In this document: positions 18,236 to 29,573 of the stretch, piece by piece | How positions within the stretch are numbered: position 1 is the stretch's first letter | How the letters are laid out: each line of letters starts with the position of its first letter | Virus record (IMG/VR): IMGVR_UViG_3300037502_003770 | Coordinates: 248,001 to 312,000 of that record | Strand: one strand, 5' to 3' | DNA length: 64,000 nt | The notes under the pieces: model-generated | Told to the model about the DNA's origin: nothing | The model's database searches: none | What the model saw: the letters and a program-made list of their open reading frames with translations, nothing else | Program-made: the position numbers and the translations under genes

Positions 18236-21200
18236 ATGGTAAATAAAATACTATCAAATAAATACAATAATGTTTTATTTGTAGACCCTAATGCTGTTGC
18301 TGCTAATGATACTGTAGATATTTATAATATTTCAACAAGTCCTGAAAATATAAGACCTCACTTAGAGTTTTATTGTATTCCTAGAATTGGTAATAATATA
18401 ACACTAGATAAAAATAATAAAGCTATTTTATCTGATAATAATTCTATTAATAATATAAAAGTTAATTTTTTAGGTTTTGATAGTAACACTGGTCATTATA
18501 CAAATAAATATTTAACTGATATATATAATCAAGAAAGAACTGATAATTTTGAAGGTTTTGGTATTACTAATATAAATATTAAAATATCAGCAAATTATGT
18601 CCCTGAAGTAAATATAGAATTTATTGATATTAAAGGTAGAAGTATAAGTGATATTAATTCACCATATAGAAGATTATTTGATGTACCACCTCCTTTATTT
18701 AAATTAATAGTTAAAGGTGGTTATGGTTTATTTACTGAATTTGATTTATATATTACAAAACATGAAATAAGTTCTGATGAATCTCAAAATTTAATTATAA
18801 AAGCTGATTTTATTGGTGATAGATATGGTGTTTTAACCGATGTATTATTAGGTTATTTAAATTCAGTTTATTTCATGGAAAGTAATTCTACTGGAATAGA
18901 TATTAGTTCACAAACAAAAGCTACAAGTTTTTATGAATTTATGTCTAGGTCTAAAGTTCTTTATTCAAATGTAGATAAATTTAAAAAGAATAGCTCTTTA
19001 TTTAAAAAACAAGAAGCTATTCAAGAAAAAATAAACAAAATAAAAGAAGTAGATGATAATATAAAAAATCTATTATCAATAGATGAATTACTTTCTCAAA
19101 TAAAAAGTCTTTATGAAACAAATAGTACTAAATATACTTTAGTAAATAATAATTTAATTTCATCACCTAATATTATTAATATTGGTGATAATGAATTTTC
19201 TATTGAGTTAGATAAAATTTTTGTATCAGATTATATTAAAACAGTAAAAAAACAATTTTCAGATTTATTATTTAATATAAATTCTAGTTTTCCTGAATTT
19301 GGTCTAAATTATAATATTGATGAAGATATTGAAATTCTTACGTTTACAAACCAAAATAATTCTTTAGGTTTAAGATTTACTAAAATAATAGAAAAAAACA
19401 AAAATTATTTATCTACTTTAGAAAAAGAGTTAAAATCAACAAATGAATTATTAGCAAAAGAAGCTGAAGATATAGTATTTCAAACAATTTCATCAAAACC
19501 TACTATTGGTAATATATTTTCTTTTATTCTAAAAGATACTGATAAATTTTTAAAATTATTAAAACAATCAGGAGATGAAGGTGGTAAACGTACTTTACGA
19601 ATAAATAATAATATTAAAACAAGAGGCGGTTATCCTACTGTAATTAATAATAGTGGTAAAGTTATATATCCTGGTATTTTAGATGAGTTTAAAGATTTTC
19701 CTGAAGTAAAATTTGTTGAAAAATATTTAAATGCTTTAATTAATAAAAAACTAACTGATTCTGAAATAGATAGACAATTTATTTCACAAGGTACTAATAC
19801 AACACAAACTGGTAATGAAAGTTATATACCTATTTCTGTTGACGAATCATTTTCAATAAGGAAAAGTTTAGGTGTAGAAAATTATTATTATAATATAAAT
19901 AATGATTTTAGAAAAATATTTACTAATGTATTTTTACGTTATGTAGTTTTAAGGGATAGTATTTATTATAATCAATTTAATAATGAAAATATTTTAACTT
20001 TTTATGCAAAAGCTGAAGCTAGAAACATAGTTTATTCTATGATAGCTAATAAAAAAATGTTAGATATTTTAACAAAAAAAGGTTTTGATACTTTAAATAA
20101 AAGTAATTATTATGAAGATTTAGTTAGAACTATATTTAATAATCAATTACCTGAAGAGATTATTAAAATTAATAAAGGTAAAGAAGAAAAAATACCATTT
20201 GAAATTGGTTTAATTAAAGAAAAAATAGATTATTTATCAACATCTAATAAAGATTATAATTCATTAAAAATAATTAAAGCAGATGAAAATTATACATTTT
20301 CACCTAGTCAAGTTACTATTTCATCAACAAATGATATTATTTCAGAATACATAAATGGTCAGAAAAATTTTATTGATAATATATTAGATTCTTTTGTATT
20401 TGATGATTTAAATAAATTGGAATTTAATCAAAATTTTTTCTTTAATAAAGATAAGAATTATAATAATGAATTAGGTAATTCAAATAGTGATTTTTTAAAT
20501 TTAAAAGATAATAATATATTAACTAAAATTTTTAATTATATAGTTGGTATTGAAACAAAAAATAATTTATATTCGTTTTTTCAAACAGCTACAATAAAAG
20601 AATATAATTTTTCTAAAGATTCAATTGATACTACCAATGGTATATCTATTGATGTATTATTTAATAGTTTATCTTATTCTTCCGATGCTTCTTATTTTCG
20701 TGATTTTATTACCAAAATGACTTTTAAATTATCAACACCATCTTTAGTTGAAATACCATATTTATTCATTTTATATTTTGGTTATATATTAAAAGAAATG
20801 AATAAATCTAATAGTACTTTTATTAATGATATTGGTCGTAGTATTGATTTTCAAGGTTTAAATTCTAATATTGACGAACAGTTTTTTATTGATGAATATA
20901 ATTCTTTTTTAAATAATAGTAACTTATTTGAATATAAAATTTTACCTGAATCAACTGATGAGAATGAAAAATTCTTTTTGGATAATTTTTTAATTAAAAG
21001 ATATATTTTAGTTAAAAATAATAATTGTTTTAGAATATTGAAACAAGAAAGTAAAAGAACTTTTTCTCAAGTAAATGATAATAAAATAAATACTTATTTA
21101 AAACACTTAATAAGTGAAATGCTTAATGTTGCAAAATCTTATTTATCTGATTTAAATAAAGAAGAACAAAAAATTCGTTCCGAAATAAATGATAATGATT

Positions 21201-22846
21201 TAAAAGAACAGGTTTATTATAATTTTAAAACAATATATGAAAGATATTTATATAATAAAGAATATAAACCTTTTGCCGATAATAATGGTATTCCGTTAGA
21301 ACAAAGTTTTCAATTTGTTGATAGAGTATATAAAGATATTTCTCAAGACGTAATATTGACTTATGATAAACTTGTTCAAGATTCAAAAACCGATGATATA
21401 AGTATTTATACATCTATTTCAAATTTATTATCACATAATAATTTTATATTTTTCCCTTTTCAAAATTTTATAGCATCAGGTGATGGTAATTTAGAAGAGT
21501 GGATAAAATGTTTTCAAGTAAGTAATACTAATATAAGAGAAAATCAATCAAAACCTAGTTTTGTTTGTATGTTTACAGGTGGTTATTCTAATTATTTAAA
21601 TATTGATAATAATTCTCCATCATATCCTGATGATGGTGTTAAAATATATAATTTTGATGAAAACAGTAATTATGTTATAAATAATAATTTACCACAAGAT
21701 TTTTTATCTGGTAATACAATATATTGTTTTAGATATAATTATGGTCAACAAAATGAAGCTGTTTTTAATGGTATTAATTTAAGTACAACCCAATTTAATA
21801 ATACTGATGCTTCTTTAAAAATACAAGATTCCGTAATTAATCAACAATATAATTCAAACCCTATTTCTAAAGGACAGAGTTTATTAAATATTTATAGAAA
21901 TTTATCATATACTCTATCTTCAGGTATATATTATGGTAATGTATGTATTCAACCTACACAATATATACAATTAGATAATGTACCTTTATTTAATGGTTTA
22001 TATATGATATATGAAGTTGAACATAAAATGTCTACTAATAATAGATTAGAAACATCTTTTAAGGCTTACCGTATTAATAAATATGTTATTCGTTTAGTAA
22101 CAGATATTGCTTTAGATATATTTGGTATTGATACAGGTGTTAATAGTTCACAAAATGAAATTAATACTACTAATACAAATAATTCTAACGATACACTATT
22201 TTTACAAAGTAAAGTAAAAGAAAATTCAACTCAATTTGTTCAGAAAGCACAAGATATAGCTACTAAATTTAATATTAATCCAGATTGGTTAATGTTAGTT
22301 ATTGATACTGAAACAGGTTTTAATGATAATGTAATTAGAGGTAGAGTAAATAATAATGTTGGTTTAACTCAATTATTACCGATTACAATTCAAGAATTAA
22401 TTAACCAATATAAATTAAATATTTCAGTAGAAACATTAAGAAATAGAATTATAAATGCACCTTATGTAAATATTAATTCAAATGGTTTAGATAAAACTAA
22501 AGGTTTCTTTTATACAGGTAATCATGATAATAATGACCAATTAGATTATTTTTATATGTACTATAATATAGCTTCAATAAAAAACAGAAACATTAAAGAT
22601 ATTTATCCAAGTTTTTATCATATGAAAGCTTTTGGTTTTGAACCTTATGGGGTATATGTCAAATATCTTAAAAGTAATTCTTCTGATTCTGAATTTAGAA
22701 AAGATTCTTTATCTTATAATCCAGAAGTTTTAAAATATAATTCTGATGTTATTGGTAAAGAAGGTATTATTGAAAATATGATTCAATTCTTTAACAATAA
22801 AATGAAAAAAGAGTACAAGTATCCTATCGAAAATCTTGTTTCTTAA
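18236..22846 (+). CDS. Large baseplate hub/tail-tip protein with a C-terminal lytic transglycosylase-like domain
   Basis: N-terminal FGITNINIK..PEVNIEFIDIKG; hub-like GNVCIQPTQY..FNGLYMIYEVEH; C-terminal IATKFNINPDWLMLVIDTETGF..VGLTQ. Confidence 0.7.
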   Translation: MVNKILSNKYNNVLFVDPNAVAANDTVDIYNISTSPENIRPHLEFYCIPRIGNNITLDKNNKAILSDNNSINNIKVNFLGFDSNTGHYTNKYLTDIYNQERTDNFEGFGITNINIKISANYVPEVNIEFIDIKGRSISDINSPYRRLFDVPPPLFKLIVKGGYGLFTEFDLYITKHEISSDESQNLIIKADFIGDRYGVLTDVLLGYLNSVYFMESNSTGIDISSQTKATSFYEFMSRSKVLYSNVDKFKKNSSLFKKQEAIQEKINKIKEVDDNIKNLLSIDELLSQIKSLYETNSTKYTLVNNNLISSPNIINIGDNEFSIELDKIFVSDYIKTVKKQFSDLLFNINSSFPEFGLNYNIDEDIEILTFTNQNNSLGLRFTKIIEKNKNYLSTLEKELKSTNELLAKEAEDIVFQTISSKPTIGNIFSFILKDTDKFLKLLKQSGDEGGKRTLRINNNIKTRGGYPTVINNSGKVIYPGILDEFKDFPEVKFVEKYLNALINKKLTDSEIDRQFISQGTNTTQTGNESYIPISVDESFSIRKSLGVENYYYNINNDFRKIFTNVFLRYVVLRDSIYYNQFNNENILTFYAKAEARNIVYSMIANKKMLDILTKKGFDTLNKSNYYEDLVRTIFNNQLPEEIIKINKGKEEKIPFEIGLIKEKIDYLSTSNKDYNSLKIIKADENYTFSPSQVTISSTNDIISEYINGQKNFIDNILDSFVFDDLNKLEFNQNFFFNKDKNYNNELGNSNSDFLNLKDNNILTKIFNYIVGIETKNNLYSFFQTATIKEYNFSKDSIDTTNGISIDVLFNSLSYSSDASYFRDFITKMTFKLSTPSLVEIPYLFILYFGYILKEMNKSNSTFINDIGRSIDFQGLNSNIDEQFFIDEYNSFLNNSNLFEYKILPESTDENEKFFLDNFLIKRYILVKNNNCFRILKQESKRTFSQVNDNKINTYLKHLISEMLNVAKSYLSDLNKEEQKIRSEINDNDLKEQVYYNFKTIYERYLYNKEYKPFADNNGIPLEQSFQFVDRVYKDISQDVILTYDKLVQDSKTDDISIYTSISNLLSHNNFIFFPFQNFIASGDGNLEEWIKCFQVSNTNIRENQSKPSFVCMFTGGYSNYLNIDNNSPSYPDDGVKIYNFDENSNYVINNNLPQDFLSGNTIYCFRYNYGQQNEAVFNGINLSTTQFNNTDASLKIQDSVINQQYNSNPISKGQSLLNIYRNLSYTLSSGIYYGNVCIQPTQYIQLDNVPLFNGLYMIYEVEHKMSTNNRLETSFKAYRINKYVIRLVTDIALDIFGIDTGVNSSQNEINTTNTNNSNDTLFLQSKVKENSTQFVQKAQDIATKFNINPDWLMLVIDTETGFNDNVIRGRVNNNVGLTQLLPITIQELINQYKLNISVETLRNRIINAPYVNINSNGLDKTKGFFYTGNHDNNDQLDYFYMYYNIASIKNRNIKDIYPSFYHMKAFGFEPYGVYVKYLKSNSSDSEFRKDSLSYNPEVLKYNSDVIGKEGIIENMIQFFNNKMKKEYKYPIENLVS

Positions 22847-22849
22847 TTT

Positions 22850-23458
22850 ATGCCGTTATTTAATTTTCTTATTGAAGATAAAAAGATTATCACAAATCAA
22901 AATAATTCTGAAATATATAATTATTGTTCTTATTCAGATAATATATTTGAAAATGAAGTCAATATTATATATGGTTATGAAAAAGCTAAACAAATTTTAA
23001 ATAAAAAAATAGATGTTTCTACATACAAAATAACTGATAACATATATTGGTTAGCTAAAAAAGATGAAAGTAGTAAATATTTTATTGATGGATTAAATTA
23101 TATTACTGATAATATATATGATATACTAACAAAAAATATTCATATTAAAAAAATAGATATTTCTTTTGAAGAAGATTATTTTAGTAAATTAGATAATATT
23201 ATTAAAGATGAAAGTATTATATATACAAATAATAAAATTGACTATTATCTTTATTTAGATAATATTATTTATATTTTTGATTTAAGGTATTTATATTATT
23301 TTGAAATGAATAAAGAAATATCATTATTATATAATAAACTCAATAAAGGTGTATATGATAAAACTAATGAAAAATATAATATATACAAGAGTTTATTTTA
23401 TAAAGAAAATGATATTTTAAAATATATACCATTCTTTTTGAAAAAGCACTATTTATAA
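22850..23458 (+). CDS. Hypothetical protein
   Basis: 202-aa ORF, packed in the operon. Confidence 0.55.
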   Translation: MPLFNFLIEDKKIITNQNNSEIYNYCSYSDNIFENEVNIIYGYEKAKQILNKKIDVSTYKITDNIYWLAKKDESSKYFIDGLNYITDNIYDILTKNIHIKKIDISFEEDYFSKLDNIIKDESIIYTNNKIDYYLYLDNIIYIFDLRYLYYFEMNKEISLLYNKLNKGVYDKTNEKYNIYKSLFYKENDILKYIPFFLKKHYL

Positions 23459-23468
23459 TAAAAATATT

Positions 23469-23654
23469 ATGGAAAATAATAAAATAACAAATAAAGTAGA
23501 AAAGTTTTTAAATAAAACTTCTAAAGAAGAAACAAAAGAAACTGTTAAAGTTATCAATAATAATGATGGTTTAATTGATTTGAATGAAGTAATAAACAAA
23601 ACAGTTAAGAGTTCAGACGGTAGAACTTTATTACGTGAAGTTACAAATTACTAA
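23469..23654 (+). CDS. Small late protein
   Basis: ACTATTTAT at 23448-23456 upstream; ends DGRTLLREVTNY. Confidence 0.55.
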   Translation: MENNKITNKVEKFLNKTSKEETKETVKVINNNDGLIDLNEVINKTVKSSDGRTLLREVTNY

Positions 23655-23686
23655 AAAATACTATTTATAAATAAATAATATTTATA

Positions 23687-24298
23687 ATGGAATATAAATC
23701 TAAATTTAAACATTTACTTGAATTTAATATTAAAGGTACTAAAGATTTATCTTTAAAAGAAATAGATGGTGATAACAATACGGATTCTACTGGTTTAGAA
23801 TTACCAGATTTAGGTTTAGATGAACCTAATCAAAATAATGAATTACCTTCATTACCACCTACTAATAATGAAACACCTCCTGAAATGGAGAGTAATATTG
23901 ATACAAATGAAAATCCTTTAAGCGGTGATGTTGATGTTTTAGGTTCTATTGCTAAAGTACATGCTCAAAAATTAGATAAAGTTTTAGATTTTATCAATGA
24001 TTTAAATGATAAAATGAAAAATTTAGATAAAACAATTGAAACACAAACTGAAACAATATCCAAACAACAAGAAGAAATAAAAAAATTAAAACCTCCTACT
24101 CCATTAGAAAATTTATATAGAATGGTAGATATAACTGGTGGTAAAACAATAGACCAATATTGGAATAGTTATTCTCAAGATAAAGGTTTAGATAAAAGCT
24201 TTACTCCAGATGAAGAAGGTTTTTATAGTATAGATATTAAAGATATTAATACTAAATCTAGTACATCAGTTAAAGATTCTCTTTTTAATAATAAATAA
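23687..24298 (+). CDS. Acidic/Pro-rich plus coiled-coil late protein (scaffold/head-internal-like)
   Basis: Late motif at 23660-23668; low-complexity D/E/P segment followed by a coiled coil. Confidence 0.55.
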   Translation: MEYKSKFKHLLEFNIKGTKDLSLKEIDGDNNTDSTGLELPDLGLDEPNQNNELPSLPPTNNETPPEMESNIDTNENPLSGDVDVLGSIAKVHAQKLDKVLDFINDLNDKMKNLDKTIETQTETISKQQEEIKKLKPPTPLENLYRMVDITGGKTIDQYWNSYSQDKGLDKSFTPDEEGFYSIDIKDINTKSSTSVKDSLFNNK

Positions 24299-24300
24299 AA

Positions 24301-25698
24301 ATGTCAATTTTTAGAAGTTATATCAATAAACAATCTACATTAATAAACAGTAATGCTAGTACAAACACGACTAATAATTCATTAAATCCTATTATAGAAA
24401 TAGGTTATGGTAATAGTAGTATGAGTTTTACAGGGACAACTGTACCTATAACAGCTACAACTTCTAGTAGATATATTTTTGATATTGATTTAACTCCTTT
24501 AAGAAATAAAATAAATTATTATGAATATAATTCATCTCTTTTTGAAAAACATACTTTAAATTTTACAAATGTTATTTCTTTTAGTAAAGATGAAATAATG
24601 TATGATTTTTTAGAAAATAAAAGAGCAAATGATATTACTTTAGTTTTATATAAACTAAATGAAAGTTTTATACAAGGTAATGGATATGATTATGTTTATA
24701 ATACAAATACTGTAATTAATCAAAATCAATTAAATACAGCTTCTAATTGGATAAAAAGAGATAATACGAATAATTGGACAGAAGAAGGTTCTTTTACTAC
24801 ATTAGACCCATCTGATATTATTGATACACAATATATTGAATATGGTTATGAAGATTTAAATTTTGATGTTACAAACTATATTAATAGTGTTTTATTTAGT
24901 GGAACAACTCATTATGGTTTTGGGATATGTTTATCATCTAGTACTGAAACTTTAAAAAGTGAAAAGTATAATGTAATAACTTTTTATTCAAGAACAACTA
25001 ATACTTTTTATAAACCTTATTTACAAAGTAAATATAATGATTTTGTTTATGAGAACAGGAATAAATTTTATTTAGATAATGTAAACACTTTATGTTTTAG
25101 TACATCTAAACCTTTAAACTCATCTCCTACCGTATCTATTAAAGATTATAATAATCTATCTTTTTCAAGTTTTACACCTATTAAAATAAGTAAGTTTTTA
25201 TATAAAATAGATTTTTCCGTAAGTTCATCATCTTACCCTGATTTAGTTAATTTTTATGATGAATGGTCTTATAATAATAAAACTAGAATACAAGAATTTA
25301 CTCTTTATGATAGTGAATCATTATATGAAATGGATAGTCATATAAATAATTATGAATTATGGTATGGTGTACATGGTATTAAAAACAATCAAACCATTTC
25401 AAATAGTACAGGTACTAAAAGAATAAATTTAAATATTAAACAATTAAAAGATTCAAGAATAACAAACGAACCTGAAATTTTTAATTTACAATATAGAGTT
25501 TACACAACACAAGGTAAGAATGAAATAGAAATCATTCCTTATACAAATATAAATAAAATTGAAAGTAATTATTACTTTGATATAGATTTTTCTTGGTTTA
25601 TACCTCAATTCTATTATTTACAAATAAGAGTTGCCAATAATGATATAGAATATAAAAACAACCAATTAATAAAGTTTAGAATTGTGGAGAATTTTTAA
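24301..25698 (+). CDS. Virion structural protein (beta-rich)
   Basis: 465 aa with SRYIFDID, WTEEG, LNFDVTNYIN, FYSRTTNTFYKPYL blocks; late operon context. Confidence 0.55.
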   Translation: MSIFRSYINKQSTLINSNASTNTTNNSLNPIIEIGYGNSSMSFTGTTVPITATTSSRYIFDIDLTPLRNKINYYEYNSSLFEKHTLNFTNVISFSKDEIMYDFLENKRANDITLVLYKLNESFIQGNGYDYVYNTNTVINQNQLNTASNWIKRDNTNNWTEEGSFTTLDPSDIIDTQYIEYGYEDLNFDVTNYINSVLFSGTTHYGFGICLSSSTETLKSEKYNVITFYSRTTNTFYKPYLQSKYNDFVYENRNKFYLDNVNTLCFSTSKPLNSSPTVSIKDYNNLSFSSFTPIKISKFLYKIDFSVSSSSYPDLVNFYDEWSYNNKTRIQEFTLYDSESLYEMDSHINNYELWYGVHGIKNNQTISNSTGTKRINLNIKQLKDSRITNEPEIFNLQYRVYTTQGKNEIEIIPYTNINKIESNYYFDIDFSWFIPQFYYLQIRVANNDIEYKNNQLIKFRIVENF

Positions 25699-25729
25699 AA
25701 AATATTTTTCTACTATTTATATAAAACTA

Positions 25730-25758
25730 TTAACAATTTTAAACTACAATAGTATATT
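25730..25758 (+). promoter_or_regulatory. Putative early/middle promoter TTAACA-N17-TATATT
   Basis: Heads the replication operon; the same bipartite motif occurs at 8 or more other intergenic sites. Confidence 0.55.
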
Positions 25759-25801
25759 AAACAAATTAAATAATTTTAAACAAACAAAAACATTTTAACT
25801 T

Positions 25802-26632
25802 ATGGGATTTCAATCAAAATCTAATGCCCCACAAAAAAACGTTCATTTTATCCAAATCAAATCTGAACAAGACGAAAACAAAGTAATTACTGGTAAATTT
25901 TTTCAAGTAACAACTAAAGACCCTGAAACTAACGGTTATAAAACCGAACTAATGAAATCAGGTGCTAATCCAAAACCATTTTTCGGTTATCTAATTAGAA
26001 TAGATAGAAAATTAGATGCAACAATTAAGAAAAAAGATGGTACAATTATTTTAGACCCACATTTAGTATTTGTATTTAACGATGGTCCGAAAGACCCGAA
26101 TGAATATCATTTAAAAATGCGTTGGACAACCGATAAAGGTCAAGTAGAAATTAATACTGGTACTTTATTAAATAGTTTAGCTGGTTGTAAGAAGTTTGGT
26201 TATTTTAAACTTTCAATTGTAGAAAGCGAAGATAAAGAAACTAACAAAAAAAGACACAATATCTATCTTAGAAATGATATTAACTTTAAAGGTGATGTAG
26301 CATCTTTCTATCCTCCAAAAGACGGTTCAGAAGATAAAACAAAAACCAGATGGATGTATGACTACAAAGATATTCCAGCTTTTTCTATTAAAGAAAATAT
26401 TAAAGGTAAACTTAGAGATGTAGATAATAAGGAAGAACATCAAGAATTTTATTTAAATTTGATTGATAATCATATTCAACATAAAATTGATAAGTACTTG
26501 GAATCAATATCTGTAACAAAATCTGATGAATTTCCTTTAGATGTAGAAGACTATGAAGAAGATGATATTATTTCAGATGTAGAAGAAACGGAAACAAATG
26601 AAGTTTTAGAAGACGATGATTTACCGTTTTAA
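25802..26632 (+). CDS. Single-stranded DNA-binding protein (putative)
   Basis: Very acidic C-tail ending DDDLPF; directly upstream of the recombinase. Confidence 0.65.
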   Translation: MGFQSKSNAPQKNVHFIQIKSEQDENKVITGKFFQVTTKDPETNGYKTELMKSGANPKPFFGYLIRIDRKLDATIKKKDGTIILDPHLVFVFNDGPKDPNEYHLKMRWTTDKGQVEINTGTLLNSLAGCKKFGYFKLSIVESEDKETNKKRHNIYLRNDINFKGDVASFYPPKDGSEDKTKTRWMYDYKDIPAFSIKENIKGKLRDVDNKEEHQEFYLNLIDNHIQHKIDKYLESISVTKSDEFPLDVEDYEEDDIISDVEETETNEVLEDDDLPF

Positions 26633-26650
26633 TTAATTTTTATTATTAAG

Positions 26651-26689
26651 TTAACAAGCGTTATTGATATTTTCTTTAACGCTTGTTAA
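26651..26689 (+). terminator. 13-bp hairpin between SSB and recombinase (terminator or processing site)
   Basis: TTAACAAGCGTTA-N13-TAACGCTTGTTAA perfect inverted repeat. Confidence 0.55.
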
Positions 26690-26732
26690 TTATATTCATA
26701 TTTTTATCAATATTAAATCCAAATTTATACAC

Positions 26733-27860
26733 ATGTCAAGAATTAAAGAAAAAGAAGAGAAAAAAAGTATTACAAAAAAAGTTTTTTCATTATCAGATTA
26801 TAAAGAAAATAATGATTTAAACGAATCATCAAAAGACAAAGAAATGTCTTTTTATGAATTAAGTCCAGCTTTTAAAGAAGCTACTGGGTTGCCTGGTTTT
26901 GCAAAAGGTTATGTCCATGTTGTAAGGGGGTTTTCAGATACAGGTAAAAGTACAGCAGCATTTGAGGCAGCTGTAGCAGCACAAAAATGTGGTGATATTC
27001 CTGTGATTATGGATATGGAAAACAACTTAGATTGGAAACACTTAGAAAATATGGGTTTTGAGTATACTGAAATTGTTGACCCAGATACAGGTGAAGTAAC
27101 AGGTTATGATGGTAATTTTATTTATGCTGATACATCTTATATTGTAAGACATATTTCTAAAAAAAGAGATAAAGCTGCGACAGAAGCAACAATTGAAGAT
27201 AGTGCCAAGTTTATACATAAACTTTTAGACGACCAAGCATCAGGAAAACTACCATTTAATTTATGTTTTATTTATGATTCAGTTGGTGTACTTAATAGTA
27301 TTCAAACTGTAAAATCATTAGATAATGAAACATCTAATAATAATCAATGGAACGCAGGTGCTTATGAATCATCTTTTAAAAGTATTTTAAATCAATTAAT
27401 TCCAAATTCAAGAAAAGAAATTTCTGAATATATTAATACTTTAATTGTAGTAAATAGAGTTTGGGAGAAAAGTGTAGCTGGAAAACCTGTTATTGAAAAT
27501 AAAGGTGGTAAATCTTTTTATTCAGCTTGTAGAACACTTATTCATTGTGGTGGTGTAATGTCTCATGGTATTAAGAAAATTAATGCTGTTAAGAATGGTA
27601 ATACTGTTTTATTAGGTAATGTTACTAAATTATCAGTTGTTAAAAATCAATTAGGTGGTGGTTACGGAGGTATTTCACTAGAAGGTGATATTATTTCAAC
27701 TCCACATGGTTATATTTCAAATACACCTGAAGCTATTAAAAAATACAAACAAGATTATTTAGAGTATTTTGCTAAATTATTAGGTGATAATGATTTTGAA
27801 TTAAAAGAAGATATTAAATATACAAAAGAATTTTTAGATGAAGAAGGAAGTATTGAGTAG
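26733..27860 (+). CDS. recA: RecA/UvsX-like recombinase
   Basis: Walker A GFSDTGKST, Walker B FIYDSVG, GGKSFYS, VVKNQ. The ATG at 26733 is preferred over the TTG at 26664, which lies inside the hairpin. Confidence 0.85.
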   Translation: MSRIKEKEEKKSITKKVFSLSDYKENNDLNESSKDKEMSFYELSPAFKEATGLPGFAKGYVHVVRGFSDTGKSTAAFEAAVAAQKCGDIPVIMDMENNLDWKHLENMGFEYTEIVDPDTGEVTGYDGNFIYADTSYIVRHISKKRDKAATEATIEDSAKFIHKLLDDQASGKLPFNLCFIYDSVGVLNSIQTVKSLDNETSNNNQWNAGAYESSFKSILNQLIPNSRKEISEYINTLIVVNRVWEKSVAGKPVIENKGGKSFYSACRTLIHCGGVMSHGIKKINAVKNGNTVLLGNVTKLSVVKNQLGGGYGGISLEGDIISTPHGYISNTPEAIKKYKQDYLEYFAKLLGDNDFELKEDIKYTKEFLDEEGSIE

Positions 27861-28977
27861 AACTGTTAAACCAATACCTAAATTAAATACACTACCATTA
27901 ACCAATACTATAACTTTATTAGTTGATGGTAGTTATTTAATTAAAAAATCATTTTTAGGTGCTGATAGTTTAAACAATTCTCAAGGCACACATATTGGTG
28001 CATTATATTCATTTATAATGACAATTAGAAAAATTATAAAAGAAACTAATGCTAATAAATGTGTTGTATTTTTTGATGGTGATAATTCAGGTAAATATAG
28101 ATATACTTTATATGAAGATTATAAAGCTAATAGAACAAGTAAAGATTGGTATAAAAAAATATCTCTTTCAGAAAAAGAAGTTTTAAATGAAGAGATAAAA
28201 CAAAAATCACTTCTTTCCCAAAAAGTAAAAATTCAAAACTATTTAGAAAACTTGTATATTAGACAAATAGAATGTGAATATATAGAATCTGATGATTTAA
28301 TAGCTCAATATTGTAAAAATTATCATAAAGAAGAAAAAATACACATATATACTAATGATAGAGATATGTGCCAATTAATAGAATATGATAATGTATCAAT
28401 TTATTTAGCTAATCAGAAGAAACTTTTTAACAAAGATAATTATTTTTTGTTATTTAAACATTCTTATAAAAATCTTAAATTGATAAAAACTATTTGCGGT
28501 GATTCATCTGATAATATAAAAGGTATTAAAGGTTGTGGTGAAACTGTTTTATTAAAACATTTTCCTGAATTAAACGATAATACTACATACGATTTTTATT
28601 ATATTATAAATAAAGCAAAAGAAATAAATGAAGAAAGAATTAAAAACAAACAAAAACCTTTAGCTTTTTTAGATAATATAGTAGATGGTATTTTTTCAGG
28701 TGATTTAAAAGTAAAATCAGCTATTAATCAATTTAAGATTTATGATGAAATCATTGACTTACTAAACCCAATATTAAACCATGAAGCAATACACGAATTA
28801 AAGATTATATCTGAATATCCATTGGATATTGAAAATAGGACAAGCAAACATTTACTTGAAATGATGAACCAAGATAGTTTTTTTGAAAATTATAAAGGTA
28901 GTCTATCAAGTTTTACCGAACCGTTTCATCCTTTAATTTTAAAGGAAAAACAACTTTATAAAGAAAACAATAATTAA
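27838..28977 (+). CDS. 5'-3' exonuclease/flap endonuclease (T4 RNase H/PolA-N-like)
   Basis: LLVDGS, FFDG, YKANR, ESDDLIA, DRDMCQL, GDSSDNIKGIKGCG. Confidence 0.92.
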   Translation: MKKEVLSRTVKPIPKLNTLPLTNTITLLVDGSYLIKKSFLGADSLNNSQGTHIGALYSFIMTIRKIIKETNANKCVVFFDGDNSGKYRYTLYEDYKANRTSKDWYKKISLSEKEVLNEEIKQKSLLSQKVKIQNYLENLYIRQIECEYIESDDLIAQYCKNYHKEEKIHIYTNDRDMCQLIEYDNVSIYLANQKKLFNKDNYFLLFKHSYKNLKLIKTICGDSSDNIKGIKGCGETVLLKHFPELNDNTTYDFYYIINKAKEINEERIKNKQKPLAFLDNIVDGIFSGDLKVKSAINQFKIYDEIIDLLNPILNHEAIHELKIISEYPLDIENRTSKHLLEMMNQDSFFENYKGSLSSFTEPFHPLILKEKQLYKENNN

Positions 28978-28993
28978 TTAAATTCAAATTTAT

Positions 28994-29530
28994 ATGGAAA
29001 ATAATAAATCAGATTACATTTTTACTTTAAAAATCAATAATCATAATATTTCTCAAAGATGCTTCCCAGCTGATATTTTTAATCATGATGTTAGATATAA
29101 TGTTGATATTAAAGATATTAGTAAAAATTTTATTCACAGATTACAAACTATTCTTAGTAAAAAAACTAATGAATTAACATTTTTTGATACTGAAGTAAAG
29201 GGTCTTTCTAAAAGAAAACCAGATTTTATAGTACCAGAAGATTTAACAGAAGCTTTCAGTTATTCATTATCTTATGATAATAATACAATTATTGAAAGAA
29301 AGTTTACAGTTAAAAACTTTAATATTAAATCAACATATAGTAATGAACTATATGAAGAAATTTTAAATATTACTAGAGATATTTCTGATAAGCTTTTAGC
29401 TGCTGATAAAAAACAACAAATCGAAGAATATTTATTAACAAATTATTATAATTATCAAATTTCTGATATTAGAGTAATGGAACCTTCTAAGAAAAAAGCT
29501 CTTTTACAAAAAGTAAATCATTTAATTTAA
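28994..29530 (+). CDS. Hypothetical protein with an internal duplication
   Basis: FTLKINNHNISQRCF and YSLSYDNNTIIERKF are similar units. Confidence 0.55.
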   Translation: MENNKSDYIFTLKINNHNISQRCFPADIFNHDVRYNVDIKDISKNFIHRLQTILSKKTNELTFFDTEVKGLSKRKPDFIVPEDLTEAFSYSLSYDNNTIIERKFTVKNFNIKSTYSNELYEEILNITRDISDKLLAADKKQQIEEYLLTNYYNYQISDIRVMEPSKKKALLQKVNHLI

Positions 29531-29573
29531 TAAAACTAATTTTAAACAAAACTAAAACATTTTAAACAACTTT

